Shown here piece by piece: positions 12,730-24,655 of a stretch of DNA of 64,000 nt. The stretch covers positions 117,800,001 through 117,864,000 of the forward strand of contig JBITNC010000001.1 in assembly GCA_050084985.1 (NCBI GenBank), read 5' to 3'. The position numbers were made by a program, and so were the translations under genes. This DNA is from Nageia nagi (taxonomy: Eukaryota > Plantae > Pinophyta). Each line of letters begins with the position of its first letter. Position 1 is the stretch's first letter. The notes beneath the pieces are model-generated. The model did no database searches, was not told the origin of the DNA, and worked only from the letters and a program-made list of their open reading frames with translations.

Positions 12730-13299
12730 AAATGCAAGTTTGTACTGAATTAGCCAAATCCTTATAAGATAAAATGGAAATTCAAATAAGGTGCATACCA
12801 TTTGAAAACTATGGGAGGAGTTGAGAAATAAGAACCTATTGATACCATCTATCTTCATCCCTTTTATATTTGGCATTTATGATAGTGTTAAAATTTCCAA
12901 ATTTCATTTGGAAATTTTAACATTTACACTTTTTCTTTAATTCTTTATTATTATTATTTTATTTTTAATGATATGATAAGGGTTCTCAATAATATCTTCA
13001 AATGATGACTTGTGAGAGCCTTTGAAAATTCCTTAACCAAAATTAGGCATTCCTAAGAGAAGAAAAATCCCTTTTCAAATGGATGAGAAGAAATTGGGTA
13101 GTTTGAAGCCTCAAAAACACTTGTTCTTGAGTGAAAATATGAGTTCATAAGAGTAATTTTGAGCTTCTCGAGCATTATACAAAACACCAAGTTAGAATGA
13201 TGTATTTTTTTCATGTTTTGGTGTGCTTTGCAAGGTGAGATTAACAAACCCATGCCCCCAATTTGGGGATAGATATAATGGATTAGAAATACTTATTCC

Positions 13300-15950
13300 T
13301 AGGTTGATGTTAGCATCTTTTTAAAAGAAAATCCTGGGAGATCAAGTATAAGAGAAAAAAAATTCATCATGGTTCTTACTATTACACTCTTGGGAATTTA
13401 TAAAAGATAAAAGAAGATGGTTCCCAAACATATTCAAAGATACTATCAACATTAGGAAGGCTTTATCTAGGTGATAGTGATCCAAGGGTCCAAGAATACA
13501 GTTGTTAGCATCATGGTTAAAAGAGGTATAGGAAGACTATTAAGGCCTAAAATTATTCACTATCCTTCAAAGAGCTTGCAAAGATTGTTATTTGATATGG
13601 CATTGCAATATAAAGCCTAGTATCATTCTTGTTTAAGGTTTGAAGATCATTGAATTTCACCTCAAACCATTGTAGTAGTCCATACACTATTTCTTGAGCT
13701 TTTGATTGAATTACTTTAGCACAATTCAATATTATGGCCCAATTGTTATAAAATACACCTAGAATATCTCAAATTCAAGATTATATCATCTAGGAATTAT
13801 GTACACATATTGATAGTCAATACAAAAATTCCATGTGGTATTAAAAGTTTATTTTATCTATCATAGATATATTAAAGCATTAGAAGAAACTTTCAAGAGA
13901 GTGGATCAAGTAATATATTCTTAGAAATAATAGTCTTATGAAGGTTTTAAATTTAATATAATCATATACATGGGAAAGGAAAGGTACTGAGATGTAGAGC
14001 TATCATTTTCAAAATCTATGAAAGAATATGCTTGAAAATAAGAAATGATAAATTCAAAGATAACATAATTCCCTAAACATGATTAACCCAATAAAAGGAC
14101 ATTGATAGAGAATAGAACTTCAAATTTGGTCTTTTCATAAATTAGGTACAACTAGATAACAATCACAAATAAGATTGTTAATCTTACTAACTAAAGAAAA
14201 TGACTATTAAAGTCAAAACAACACATGAACACAAGCCAATTGGTATTAAAAAATGATACTCATTATTCAAAAATTGTATTGTAAGTATGATCTATTGATA
14301 AAATCAATTCCTATAGAGATGCATAGATAAAATCAATAGTATTTCTCAGAGTTTAAATATACAAATAATATCTTGAGTATTAAAAAATTATATTATTTAC
14401 TTTCCTCCTCCATCTATAAATGCATCCATCCATAAAGACCACATCAAAATCCACTTATTCCCTTTCCTGCACATGCTCATTCTATTCATTTGTTATGTTT
14501 TCTAGAAGCTCCATGTTCTTTAAAAGGTATGTTCTACAAATTCTCATCTTATTCTTCCCAAAAACTAGTAAAAGGAAGAATCCATAAGGATATATATAAT
14601 AGTAATATCCCTTTGTATTAAAAAATGAGACTCATCACTCAAAAATTGTATTCTAATTATGATCTATATATAAAATCAATTCCTATAGAGATGCATAGAT
14701 AAAATCAATAATCTTTCTCAGGGTTTAAATATACAAAGAATATCTTGAGTATTAAAAAATTATATTATTTAATTTCCTCCTCCATCTGTAAATGCATCCA
14801 TCCATAAATACCACATCAAAATCCACTTATTCCCTTTCTTGTACATGCTCATTCTATTCATCTGTTATGTTTTCTAGAAGCTCCATGTTTTGTAAAAGGT
14901 ATATTCTACAAATTCTCATCCTATTCTTCCCAAAAACTAGTAAAAGGAAGAATCCATAAGGATATATACAATAGTAATATCCTTTGTAATATAAATAGAG
15001 ATATGAAATTACAAATATCTTTCTAGCCCTTTCCCTCCTCCTACTCCATCTTTTCTTCTAGTTCATTCATCTCATATTCTTCTTTTTTGCTAAATCTACA
15101 CCCATTTATCTCTGTATGACCTCCTTTTGGACCATATTCTAGAAAAATAGTTCAAAAAGAGGATCATAAAATAAATGATACATCAATAATGATAATTATC
15201 TATCATTTTTAATGTTTCCACAAAAGGGAAAAGGAAGCAATTACTCAAAGGTAGTTAGATATTCAAAATACAAATGATTTTCTAGATCATAGATCAATGG
15301 TAGTAGAATCATATTGTTACAAATAATTTGCCAAATTACAAATTCATTCTTCATCATCCATCATGATCTATAATGGAAACTTCAAACGCAAAAGATCCCC
15401 TTCTCAAGAAAGCTATAAAGGAAGGAGACAACCAAGTTAAAAAAATATTCTTACAATTTACCTATTTGCTACCTAAATGTATTATCTAGAGTACATTTTA
15501 TTTTCTTGAGTTCTTTCACTTCCTTCTCTTCCATGTAATAAGAATTTAGTTATTATCCATTCATTTTTAGAAGATATTCAAGTACTACATGGCTATTGCA
15601 TCCCATGTTCAAATACCAAAATTGAATTTTTATTTTTCTCATTGCAGGATTTTATCCACCTAGTTATTATTAGTTTAGCTAGGAATCTTATTACTTAATA
15701 TTTTGTTACATTATTTGGATGAAATTATGTCCTTGTAATTTTGGTGTATGTTCTATGAAAATGAGCTAGATGCATTGAACATGAAATTACAATATAATGA
15801 AATCCCTTTTGGTTGCATATCTATTTATCTTGAATGAATGTCATTACCTATTGTACCCTTACATTATTTGAATATTACTAAAATGTATTTCTTTTGAATA
15901 TTGAATATTATTGTTATATTATTTGAGTGGGAGATGTTAATGTTTGTTTA
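13300..15950 (+). mobile_element. Heavily decayed Ty3/gypsy pol remnant (RNase H/integrase) ending in a PPT-like tract
   Basis: HIHGKGK (cf. HIxGKxN) near 13965, SFHKLGT (integrase LxxxLGT) near 14135, FNVS near 15210, and gagtgggagaTGTTA near 15925-15939. Very degenerate. Confidence 0.35.
14243..14988 (+). repeat. Tandem duplication, 2 x ~372 bp
   Basis: Copies start at 14243 and 14615 (gtattaaaaaatga...). About 23 differences by hand count (~94% identity). Confidence 0.95.
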
Positions 15951-17070
15951 GTGTTATTCTTTCATTTGTATGATTGTTACCCAATGGTTCTAAGAATCAA
16001 TATTTGTGTGAGTGAATAAGTGAAACCATGCTGGTTTGTTAATCTCTTAAAAATACAAATTGTTATATATTACTTTATAGTTGATCTTTAGAGTATATAT
16101 CTAAAAAATACAAATCAAGGTTACATTCTTGAGCTATTTTTATCTTACTACCTTAGGTTTAGTAACTAATAATTACCTAAAAAGGAGGTCATTACCATGT
16201 GATCTCATACATCTATTGACACCATAAAGGAGTCATGAATTCCATATGAGCAATAGAAACTAATACATAATTCATATGTATGAATATTCAAATTAATTTA
16301 TAATGCAAATAAATAAATTTGATAAACTATATGTGAGTAACAACTTGCATACTTTATATGCACCATAACCTAACAAGAATTTTAAAACTATTCAACAAAT
16401 AAAAAAATCAAGTTTCTTAGAATAATAAGACACAAAATTCAAATGAATAGAATTTTCCATCATAATTAACTCCATTCCCCATTGAGGAAATCTTCAATGC
16501 ATTAAATTAGATAGATTAATTTTCTAAAAATAATTCACTGAACTCTCTTTTAAGGGATAATTTACTATTCTTATCTTGTATAAATTCTCTATTGTATTCC
16601 AATCATTATATATTCTTTCCTCTTTTAAATAATATTGAAAAATCATATGAATCATTATTTAGATAATTGTAAGAGAGTTGAAAGAATTTTCCTTTGATTC
16701 CTATTCATCTTTGCAACAATAATAGTCAAGATCTGAGTTGCAAATACTAGATATTTTCATTGTCATGAAAGTGAACTAGGTCTTAAATTTAAAAAATATA
16801 TTAGTTTCCAAAAATACTCCCAAATAATGAAAATTAGGAAGAAATCATACAGGCATTTAGTTCAAGCTTCATGGTATTCACAAAAGGTAATGATTTATAT
16901 CCTTATATGTATTGGAATAATAATATACCAACCAATAAGAAGAGGAAGAGTCAAATTTATCAAATAACCTTCATAAAAAAAATTCTCGACATTGCCTTTA
17001 ATACTTTTATCTCAGAAGAAACAATTGACATAAAGTTATAAAATGTTAAGATATATATAGAAAGGTTAGA

Positions 17071-17072
<2 letters not shown>

Positions 17073-17117
<45 letters not shown>
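17073..17117. repeat. (AT)n microsatellite
   Basis: About 22 uninterrupted AT units. Confidence 0.97.
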
Positions 17118-17121
<4 letters not shown>

Positions 17122-17727
17122 GATAAAAATCTTTGAAATAAATCTATTTCAAAATAGGTATATAGAGGTTTGTCAAGAAATTATATGGGTTCAAGAGTTA
17201 CATTATACAATAGATTGATTTGATCAACCTTCAAATCCATAATATATTATAGTATTAATCATACAAAAAGGCTACAAAAATTTGCATAATATAATGCACT
17301 TTTTGATTTAAAAATCAGATTCATAATTCCAAGTGTTCAGCCTTTTGTATATCTTATATAAATTTATCAAAAATAAAAATAAATTTTATCTTTAAACCAT
17401 ATCATTTTGTTTTAAAACAATACTTCTTATAGGAGGACCAATATTCACTCATTAAATAGCCTTTGAACAATTTAACTTCTTTAGATCAAGTCAAAATTTG
17501 ATAATAAATTTGATCACTTAAAGATCAATAATCTAAGAGTTTGATCAAAGTACATTGGTCCACAAAAAAAAATTATTCATAAATATATATAGATCAAACT
17601 TTTGATCATAACAATGATCAAGTAATATATAGTTCTAGTTGCAAATATATATATCATACATTTTGAAAACTTAGAAGGTCATACATTAAGATTTATAAGG
17701 AAGTTAAAATAACTTTTGGTAGATCTA

Positions 17728-18345
17728 GATACCTAATATCATTTATTTATTCTCAAGAAATTTCATCAAATTTTGAGAAATTTTAAAAATAGACCATTTT
17801 TATGAGCTAGGCTAGAAAATGGGCTAAAATAAAATTGAAATTTCAATTTCTAAAAAAGATATATAAGTATTATATATCAAAACAACTAGCTTGAAGAGAT
17901 GATTAATGGACCAGATCAGAAAAGAGTGCTAAAAAAATGGTATTTTGACCAATTGAAACAAAAAATGGAGGATCTAGAAAAATTAACTTTTGGGCATTTT
18001 TTCAAAAATTGAGAAAATGAAGTTAGAAACTTTTTCTCAATTTTTGGATACCCAATATAATATATTTCATTATCAAGAGCAAATTCTAAGAATTTTGAAA
18101 AAAAAAGAACATTTTTATGAGCTACGCTAGAATATGGGGTTAAGAAAAATAGAAATTTTAGTTTCCAAAAAAGGTATATAAGCATTATATATTAAAACCA
18201 CTAGCTTGAAAAGATGATTACAATGGACTAGATCATAAAAGTGTGATAAAAAATGTATTTTGACCATTTGAAGACCAAAATGGAGGATCTAGAAAAATTA
18301 ACTTTTGGGCATTTTCTAAAAAGTGAGAAAATGAAGTCAAAACTA
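17728..18345 (+). repeat. Diverged tandem duplication, period ~319 bp
   Basis: Shared blocks such as atggaggatctagaaaaattaacttttgggcatttt and actagcttgaa.agatgatta occur in both copies (starts 17728 and 18047). Confidence 0.88.
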
Positions 18346-18604
18346 TTTTTGGTTAAATTTCTCATGACTAAAGAGGTCATAGAAGACTAAAAACCAAATT
18401 TCATAATTTTTTAGAGCTTGTATGAATTTACTATGATTTTTTTACTATGATTTTTTAACAAAAAAGGGCTAAAAAATAGTGTAATCATAAAACCAAAATA
18501 TCTTTTGAATTTTAACTCTAATTGAGATGCTTATTTTTTTCTTCAATTTTAAATAAAAAAGTAGATTTTTTTAACTAAATAATTAATTAATAAAAAAATT
18601 AAAC

Positions 18605-19220
18605 TTCTTACCCAACATGAAGGGGACTTATTTGATGAAGTTACTCCCTATCTGATGAAGAAAAACCTTACTAGATGGATACAAGGCTTATCCAAAAATA
18701 TAGAGGGCTTACTAGATGGTTTACTTCCTTACCCAACAATCAAAGTCCTTACCCAATGGTCAAAATTCTTACCTGATGGATCAATGTCTTACTTGATGAA
18801 CCTTACCTAATGGTTAAAAATCTTATTCGATGGGACAAGGGCTTACTTGATGGACCTTACTTTATGGGTAAAAAGCTTACCATATGGGTTATTTTCTTAC
18901 CTAATGAGTCAAGGGCCTACCCGATGGATCTTACCTTATGGGTAAAAAGCTTATCCAATGGTGAACATCCTTACTTGATGGGTCAAAGGCTTACTAGATG
19001 GACCTTATCCGATGGATATAGTACTTACCTAATGGGCCATTTTCTTACCCGATGGGTCAAGGGATTACCTAAAAAATGTTATCCACCAAAAATGGGCTTA
19101 TCTAATGGGTAAAAGGCTTACCTGATGGCTCTTATTTGACAAAAAATGGATATATCTGATGGGTAAAAGGCTTACCTGATGGCTCTTATCTTAACCAATG
19201 GATCACTTCTTTACCCAACT
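18605..19220 (+). repeat. Degenerate tandem array of a CTTACCCGATGGG-type motif (14-20-bp spacing)
   Basis: About 30 copies of cttac(c/t)(c/t/a)(g/a)atgg, e.g. cttacccgatgggtcaaggg and cttacctgatggctc. Confidence 0.85.
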
Positions 19221-19909
19221 AAGACAACATGACATGTCAAAATGGGTCCCATAAAACTTCAAATAACCATAACTTAATAATTTTAGCTCCATTTTTGATG
19301 ATTCTAAAAACACTAGTTAGATTTAATAAAGGATATCTAAAAATATCTAATAAAAACTTTGACTACATCAAAATTTTATCATATATTCATTATATATATT
19401 TGAATTTAAAAGCTCATAATTTGGTCAAAACAAACAAATATTTTATCGAGCACAATAGTGGGGTACCCATGTGTACACCATTCAAATTCTCATTATAAAT
19501 AGTGTATATAGTTTCAAATGAAAATATATGATTCTAAAATTCATTTTAATGGAGATATTTCTACTTAAAATATAGAAATATTAAATCCTAGGGGAATGCA
19601 TAGTGACGATTTATAGCAAATTCATGATTTTTAATTTTTTAATTTGCCATTTTTAGGCCCATCGAGTTGGGCCCTAGTAGCATAATTTTTTCGAGTTTAT
19701 TTTTTTCTTGGTTAACTAGCTAAAATTTTATATCTTTGATGCATATTTTATATAAATTATCCAAGTATACCCCCATCAAATTTGAACCTAGTCACCTATA
19801 TTTTATAAAAAAATGTATTTTACTAAAGCAAATCATCACCTAGTACTAGATTCTCCAAGGAAAAAATGTGGATCTAAAATATGTTTGATGCTTGATCGAT
19901 CCATTATAA

Positions 19910-20035
19910 ATGCTCAACTTCTCCTTACAGATGCTTGAATTCTCCTTTCGTATGCTCAGTTTCTTCCTGTGGATGCTTGACTTCTCCCTACATATGCTCA
20001 AATTCTCCTTGCAGATGCTTGACTTCTCCTTATAT
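19910..20035 (+). repeat. 21-bp tandem array, 6 copies
   Basis: Units such as atgctcaacttctccttacag and atgcttgacttctccctacat. The array explains ORFs 19846..20046 and 19910..20104. Confidence 0.92.
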
Positions 20036-20102
20036 ATACTCTTCATGAATATACTATATTTATTTTTATTAATTTATTCCAAAAAAGTAGACATGCATCT
20101 TT

Positions 20103-20640
20103 AGAGGCAAGATGTTGAGCATCTTCTAGAGCTTAATTTTGATCCATAGGGGGTCATGCGACCACTCATTTCGCATGTACTTGATAAGGTATATCCAATG
20201 ATGAAGTTATTTCATCATTTAGATATAATATTTGATCAACATTACTAAAATTAAGTTTGATCAACCTATAGATTTATGAATATAATAAATTTATTTTTAT
20301 TAATTTAGACTAAATATGATCTCTAAATGATGAAATAACTTCACCATTGGAAAGATCTCATCGAGTACATGCAAAATGAGTGATCACATGACCCCTTTGG
20401 ATCAAATTAAGCTTTAGAATACACATGACTTCATAAAGTTATGAAGATGCACATCTTCATAAATAGAGGCAAGTTGTCAAGCATATTCTAGAGCTCAATT
20501 TTGATCCAAAGCAGGTTAGTGACCACTCATTTTATATGTACTCAATAAGATATTTCAAATGGTGATGTTATTTCATCATTTAAAGATCATATTTGGTCTA
20601 AATTACTAACATTAAGTTTGATAAACTTGCAAATTTAATA
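20103..20640. repeat. Three copies of a ~120-bp module in +/-/+ orientation (fold-back)
   Basis: 20122-20235 is the inverted counterpart of 20305-20420, and a direct copy starts at 20465. Core: ggggtcatgtgaccactcattt...ccaatggtgaagttatttcatcattt. Confidence 0.88.
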
Positions 20641-21049
20641 ACAAGTCATACATTTTCAATAAGAGGTCAAGCATCTTCAGTCATAAGTTGATCATGTTCA
20701 TGTTCTCTAGTGTTATGCATAGTGAAAAATATTCGTCAATTGACTAATATAGGATTTTTTTATATTTAAATATTTCAAATACTCAGACCTTGAATATTTC
20801 ACCATTTAGCCTAAATTTTACAAGAATAAAAAAATTATGGGTCGGCTTGCCAACCTTTTATAATTTTTTTATAAAGATAAGTGCAAATAGACACCTATAC
20901 CTCCTATATTTTTGTAAGATATTGCCTTGAAAATATTTTTTTATTATTTATCAATGAAATTTCTAATAATACCATATATATAAATTTTATAATCATTTTA
21001 GAGCAATCAAATTACTTAGATTTGATGATCATTTTACATTTCTAAGAAA

Positions 21050-21450
21050 TTGCAGATGCACATCACCTAAAGATTATAGATGCTTGTCACCTAAATATTG
21101 TAGATGATAATCATATAAATATTGTAGACACTCGTAACCTAAATATTATATATGATCATCACCTAAATATTGAAGATGATCATCATCTAAATATTGCATA
21201 TGATCATCACCTAAATATTGCAAATGATCATCACCTAAATATTGTAGATGATCATCACCTAAAGATTGCAAATGTTTGTTACCTAAAGATTGCAGATGCT
21301 CATCATCTAAATATTGTAGACACTCTTCACCTAAGGTATGCATATGATCACCACCTAAGTGTTACAGATGCTCATCATCTAAGTATTATAGATTCTTATC
21401 ACCTTAAGATTATAGATGCTCATCACCTTAATATTAGAGATGCTCATCAC
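21050..21450 (+). repeat. 24-bp minisatellite, about 16 copies
   Basis: Unit gatg(a/c)tcatcacctaaa(t/g)attg(c/t)a. It produces the DDHLQYLG-repeat ORF 21146..21343. Confidence 0.93.
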
Positions 21451-22250
21451 TTTCTATATCCCATAACATTTTTTTGAATTCTCCAATCAATGTAAATGAT
21501 ATACCATTAGATAGATCTCAAAAAAAAAATTAAAATAAGTGGTCACACAACCCCTTTTGAGTAAGGAATGAGTTGTTAAAGGCTAAAGATATAGATGGTC
21601 ATCTGCATCTTTGGTCTTTGACAACTCATTCTTTACTCAAAAGGGGTCATGTGATAACTCATTTTAAAGATATTTTTGAGATCTATCCAATGGTATACCA
21701 TTTTCATGGCTATGAGGTCATCTACATATTTGGTCTTTGAAAACTAATTCTTTACTCAAAAGAGATCATGTGATAACTCATTTTAAAATATTTTTGAGAT
21801 CTATCAAATGGTATATCATTTGCATGGGTATGATACCTATAAAAAAAGTTATGGGCTTTAGAAAGTGACTAATTTTTTATATCAATTTATATACCTTATA
21901 ACTTTTTTATAGTTCTCTAATTGATTTAAATGATATACCATTTGATAGATCTTAAAAATACTTTTAAAATGAGTGATCACATGACCCCATTTGAGCAAGT
22001 AATGAGTATTTAAGGGCAAATAAAAGATGATGATCATCTGTAGGAAAATGCAAATGATTATTTGCATAAAAATATAGATGATCATCTACATTTTTTTATA
22101 GATGACCATCAATATTTTTTTCCTTTGATGACTTACTCAAAAGGGGTCATGTGACAACTCTTTGTTAAATATCTTTTCAAGATCTATCTAATGGTATAAT
22201 ATTTAAATCAATTGGAGACCTATAAAAAATGTTATGAGCTTTAGAAAGTG
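21447..22250. repeat. Nested inverted repeats (five copies of a ~120-150-bp module, -/+/+/-/+)
   Basis: Near loop-free palindrome centred on gatggtcatc at about 21599 with ~105-bp arms, and a second inverted pair 21900-22010 / 22130-22230. Shares the ggggtcatgtga.cactcattt..gagatctatccaatggt core with 20103-20640. Confidence 0.87.
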
Positions 22251-23941
22251 AATACAATCATCTATATGTTTTTTAAAGATGCTCATATGCATCCTAACTT
22301 ATTGAGATGATCATCTTTAATTACTTTACTATTTATGATGGAATTATTAGATGGTAGTCTTCAGTTATATTTACATGCCCATAATAAACTAAATATAAAT
22401 ATAATATCACCAATACTTTTACAATTTTTTTTAAATTATTTATTTCAGCATTTAATATATGTGATTTTTGTACATTTTTATCATGACTCCAAATCCAATT
22501 TGCCATATTTTGAATTTTTTTATTTCACCATCATTCCTTATGCATAATGTTGATCTTCTCCTCTTACAAATATATTTATTAAAAATATAACCATTTTTTT
22601 TACATCATAGTTCTTAAAAATTTAAAATATTGCCATTACTTTTATAGTGGTTTGGGACTAAATTACCAAGATTTCAAAATCAATTCACCATTATTTTATT
22701 TATTTTGGTTTGCCAAAATTCCTTACGCATAACCTTAATTAAATCTCATATTTGAAATATATACAAAGATATTTGAAACATAAAGTTAGTAATATAACAT
22801 TACTATTGACTAAATATTTAGCAATGTAATATTCAAATTATTAATTGGTCAAATGAAGCTAGCTATAATATTTTGAATAAATCTTAATTTCTTAGCTACA
22901 TAAAAGTCTAATCAAACTTTCCATAATGAAAAAGTGCTCATACTATTTTAAACATATTCTAGCAATGCTTTTGTTCAAAGTATTCTAAGAAAAAATATTT
23001 TTTTAAAATAAATACTTATTTTATTATCATTTAGCTTTGTCTTATCATAGTCATAAGTCCTAACTATTTATAATACAAACTTTTATTAAATGATAGAAAA
23101 GAAAAGCTCTTGAAGCTATTCTATTAAAGAACTGGCTTTTTAAATATCTATTAGCAACATATCCTTTTATGAAAAATACCATATATAATATTATTTGGAT
23201 AGTTTGTAGCCAATATATATTTTTTAATAACAAGACCGACTTTTAGTAAACTTTAATAAATATTTTAAAGGAAAGATATATTTTACAAAAGAAGAACTCT
23301 ACATAGAGTTTACTATTTAGTATTAGAGTTTACTAAAAATTTTGTATGTGTAGTCATTGTTGTAAGCTTGAAGCTCAACATCATGAGAGAGATACCCATC
23401 AAAATTTAAACTAGAAGAAATACTTTTTGTTCAAAAAAAATAATATCTAAAATGTTTAAATAACAATACTCAAAAAATATAAATGAGATTTGCATTTCTA
23501 CTATAGATAAGAATTTTTTTTCCATTACAACCATTAATAGAGACTTATATAGGTCTTTGATAAACATAATGAGTATAAAAGAAGTAAAGCTTTTTATATT
23601 CAATAGAAAAATTTATTTCATTGATAATAGTAAATAAATTCTAGAAAAAGCTCCATGAATGAGTTGTTGACTTGTGCATTATGGATTATGTGGTTGAATT
23701 TCATCACAAATTTCATATTTGAACAAGTGTTGATAGAGCTTAGTGTGTTGCAATGAACATCAGGATATAATCTATGACTTTAACTCATACACAATGCTTA
23801 GAAAATATAAGAATATAATCTTCCATTTATTGTATTAAAAAAATGAATACATAACAATATTAAAAATCTAAAAATAAATACTATAAAGGTAAAAGAGTCT
23901 AGGCATACCTCATTATTAGGAGCTCTTCTTGACTTAAATAG

Positions 23942-24631
23942 GCTCTAATACCACTTTTTGTATCTTTGAAAGAAGATAAACAAGACTATTGTTGTAGTAT
24001 ACATTAAACCCATAATTCTTTTTACCTAGAAAAACATATTCTACTACACTAAATATGGAAACACTAATCACACAAAATTAACACCACCATATGAAGTGGT
24101 TCCTCACAACTTGAGAGTACATCCACCATAAGTACTCCATGAACTCATTAATCTCCAATGAAAAAACAACAACAGCACGTGTTTTTACATCAACACCATG
24201 TGTTTAATATGGTATAATAATAATTGCTTACTTTGGTTACACAACTCTTTGTTACTACAAAATGCTCACAAAGATAGACTAACTATCTATGACAATTATC
24301 TACTAGCATTTCTCCATGATCTTTACAAGCATTCTTTACTAAATCTATTCCTACAGCCATTGCTTTATTTCCCATATAGTAAAATTCTACAACTAACTTG
24401 TTCAATACATTTCCCATCCCATGGTTGTCTTATATATAATTTGAGGTTGTAGGTAGCTTGAGGATAATAGTCGATTCCTCCTTTTATCCATAAAATATAC
24501 TTTCCACTTTATGGACAAGTGGATTTTAATCTTTCCCTTACTTGGGTAACTACAACATTAAAGTTTTTTCTTTATATTTAAGTAATACATAAGAACTAAA
24601 TATTACCAAGTCTACATTATATATTCTAACA
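23942..24631 (-). mobile_element. LTR (~23956-24631) followed by a decayed tRNA-iMet PBS; probably Ty1/copia, internal region not recognisable
   Basis: Minus strand begins TGTTAGAATATA at 24631 and has a TATA-like tatatataa near 24435. TGGTATTAGAGC at 23953-23942 is one substitution from the Met PBS. Confidence 0.65.
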
Positions 24632-24655
24632 CACACACACACACACACACACACA
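24630..24655. repeat. (CA)n microsatellite abutting the LTR terminus
   Basis: About 13 CA units contiguous with the terminal AACA. Confidence 0.95.

Noticed and set aside
21146-21343. DDHLQYLG repeat protein
   Set aside because: A by-product of a 24-bp minisatellite; no gene structure.
18605-21450. Regular short repeats suggesting a CRISPR array
   Set aside because: Units are contiguous or have only 1-8-bp linkers, there are no unique 25-45-bp spacers or cas genes, and the context is plant TE DNA.
22640-23360. Possible small CACTA element (tttatagtg, tgtgtagt ends)
   Set aside because: No matching CACTA 5' terminus or 3-bp TSD found.
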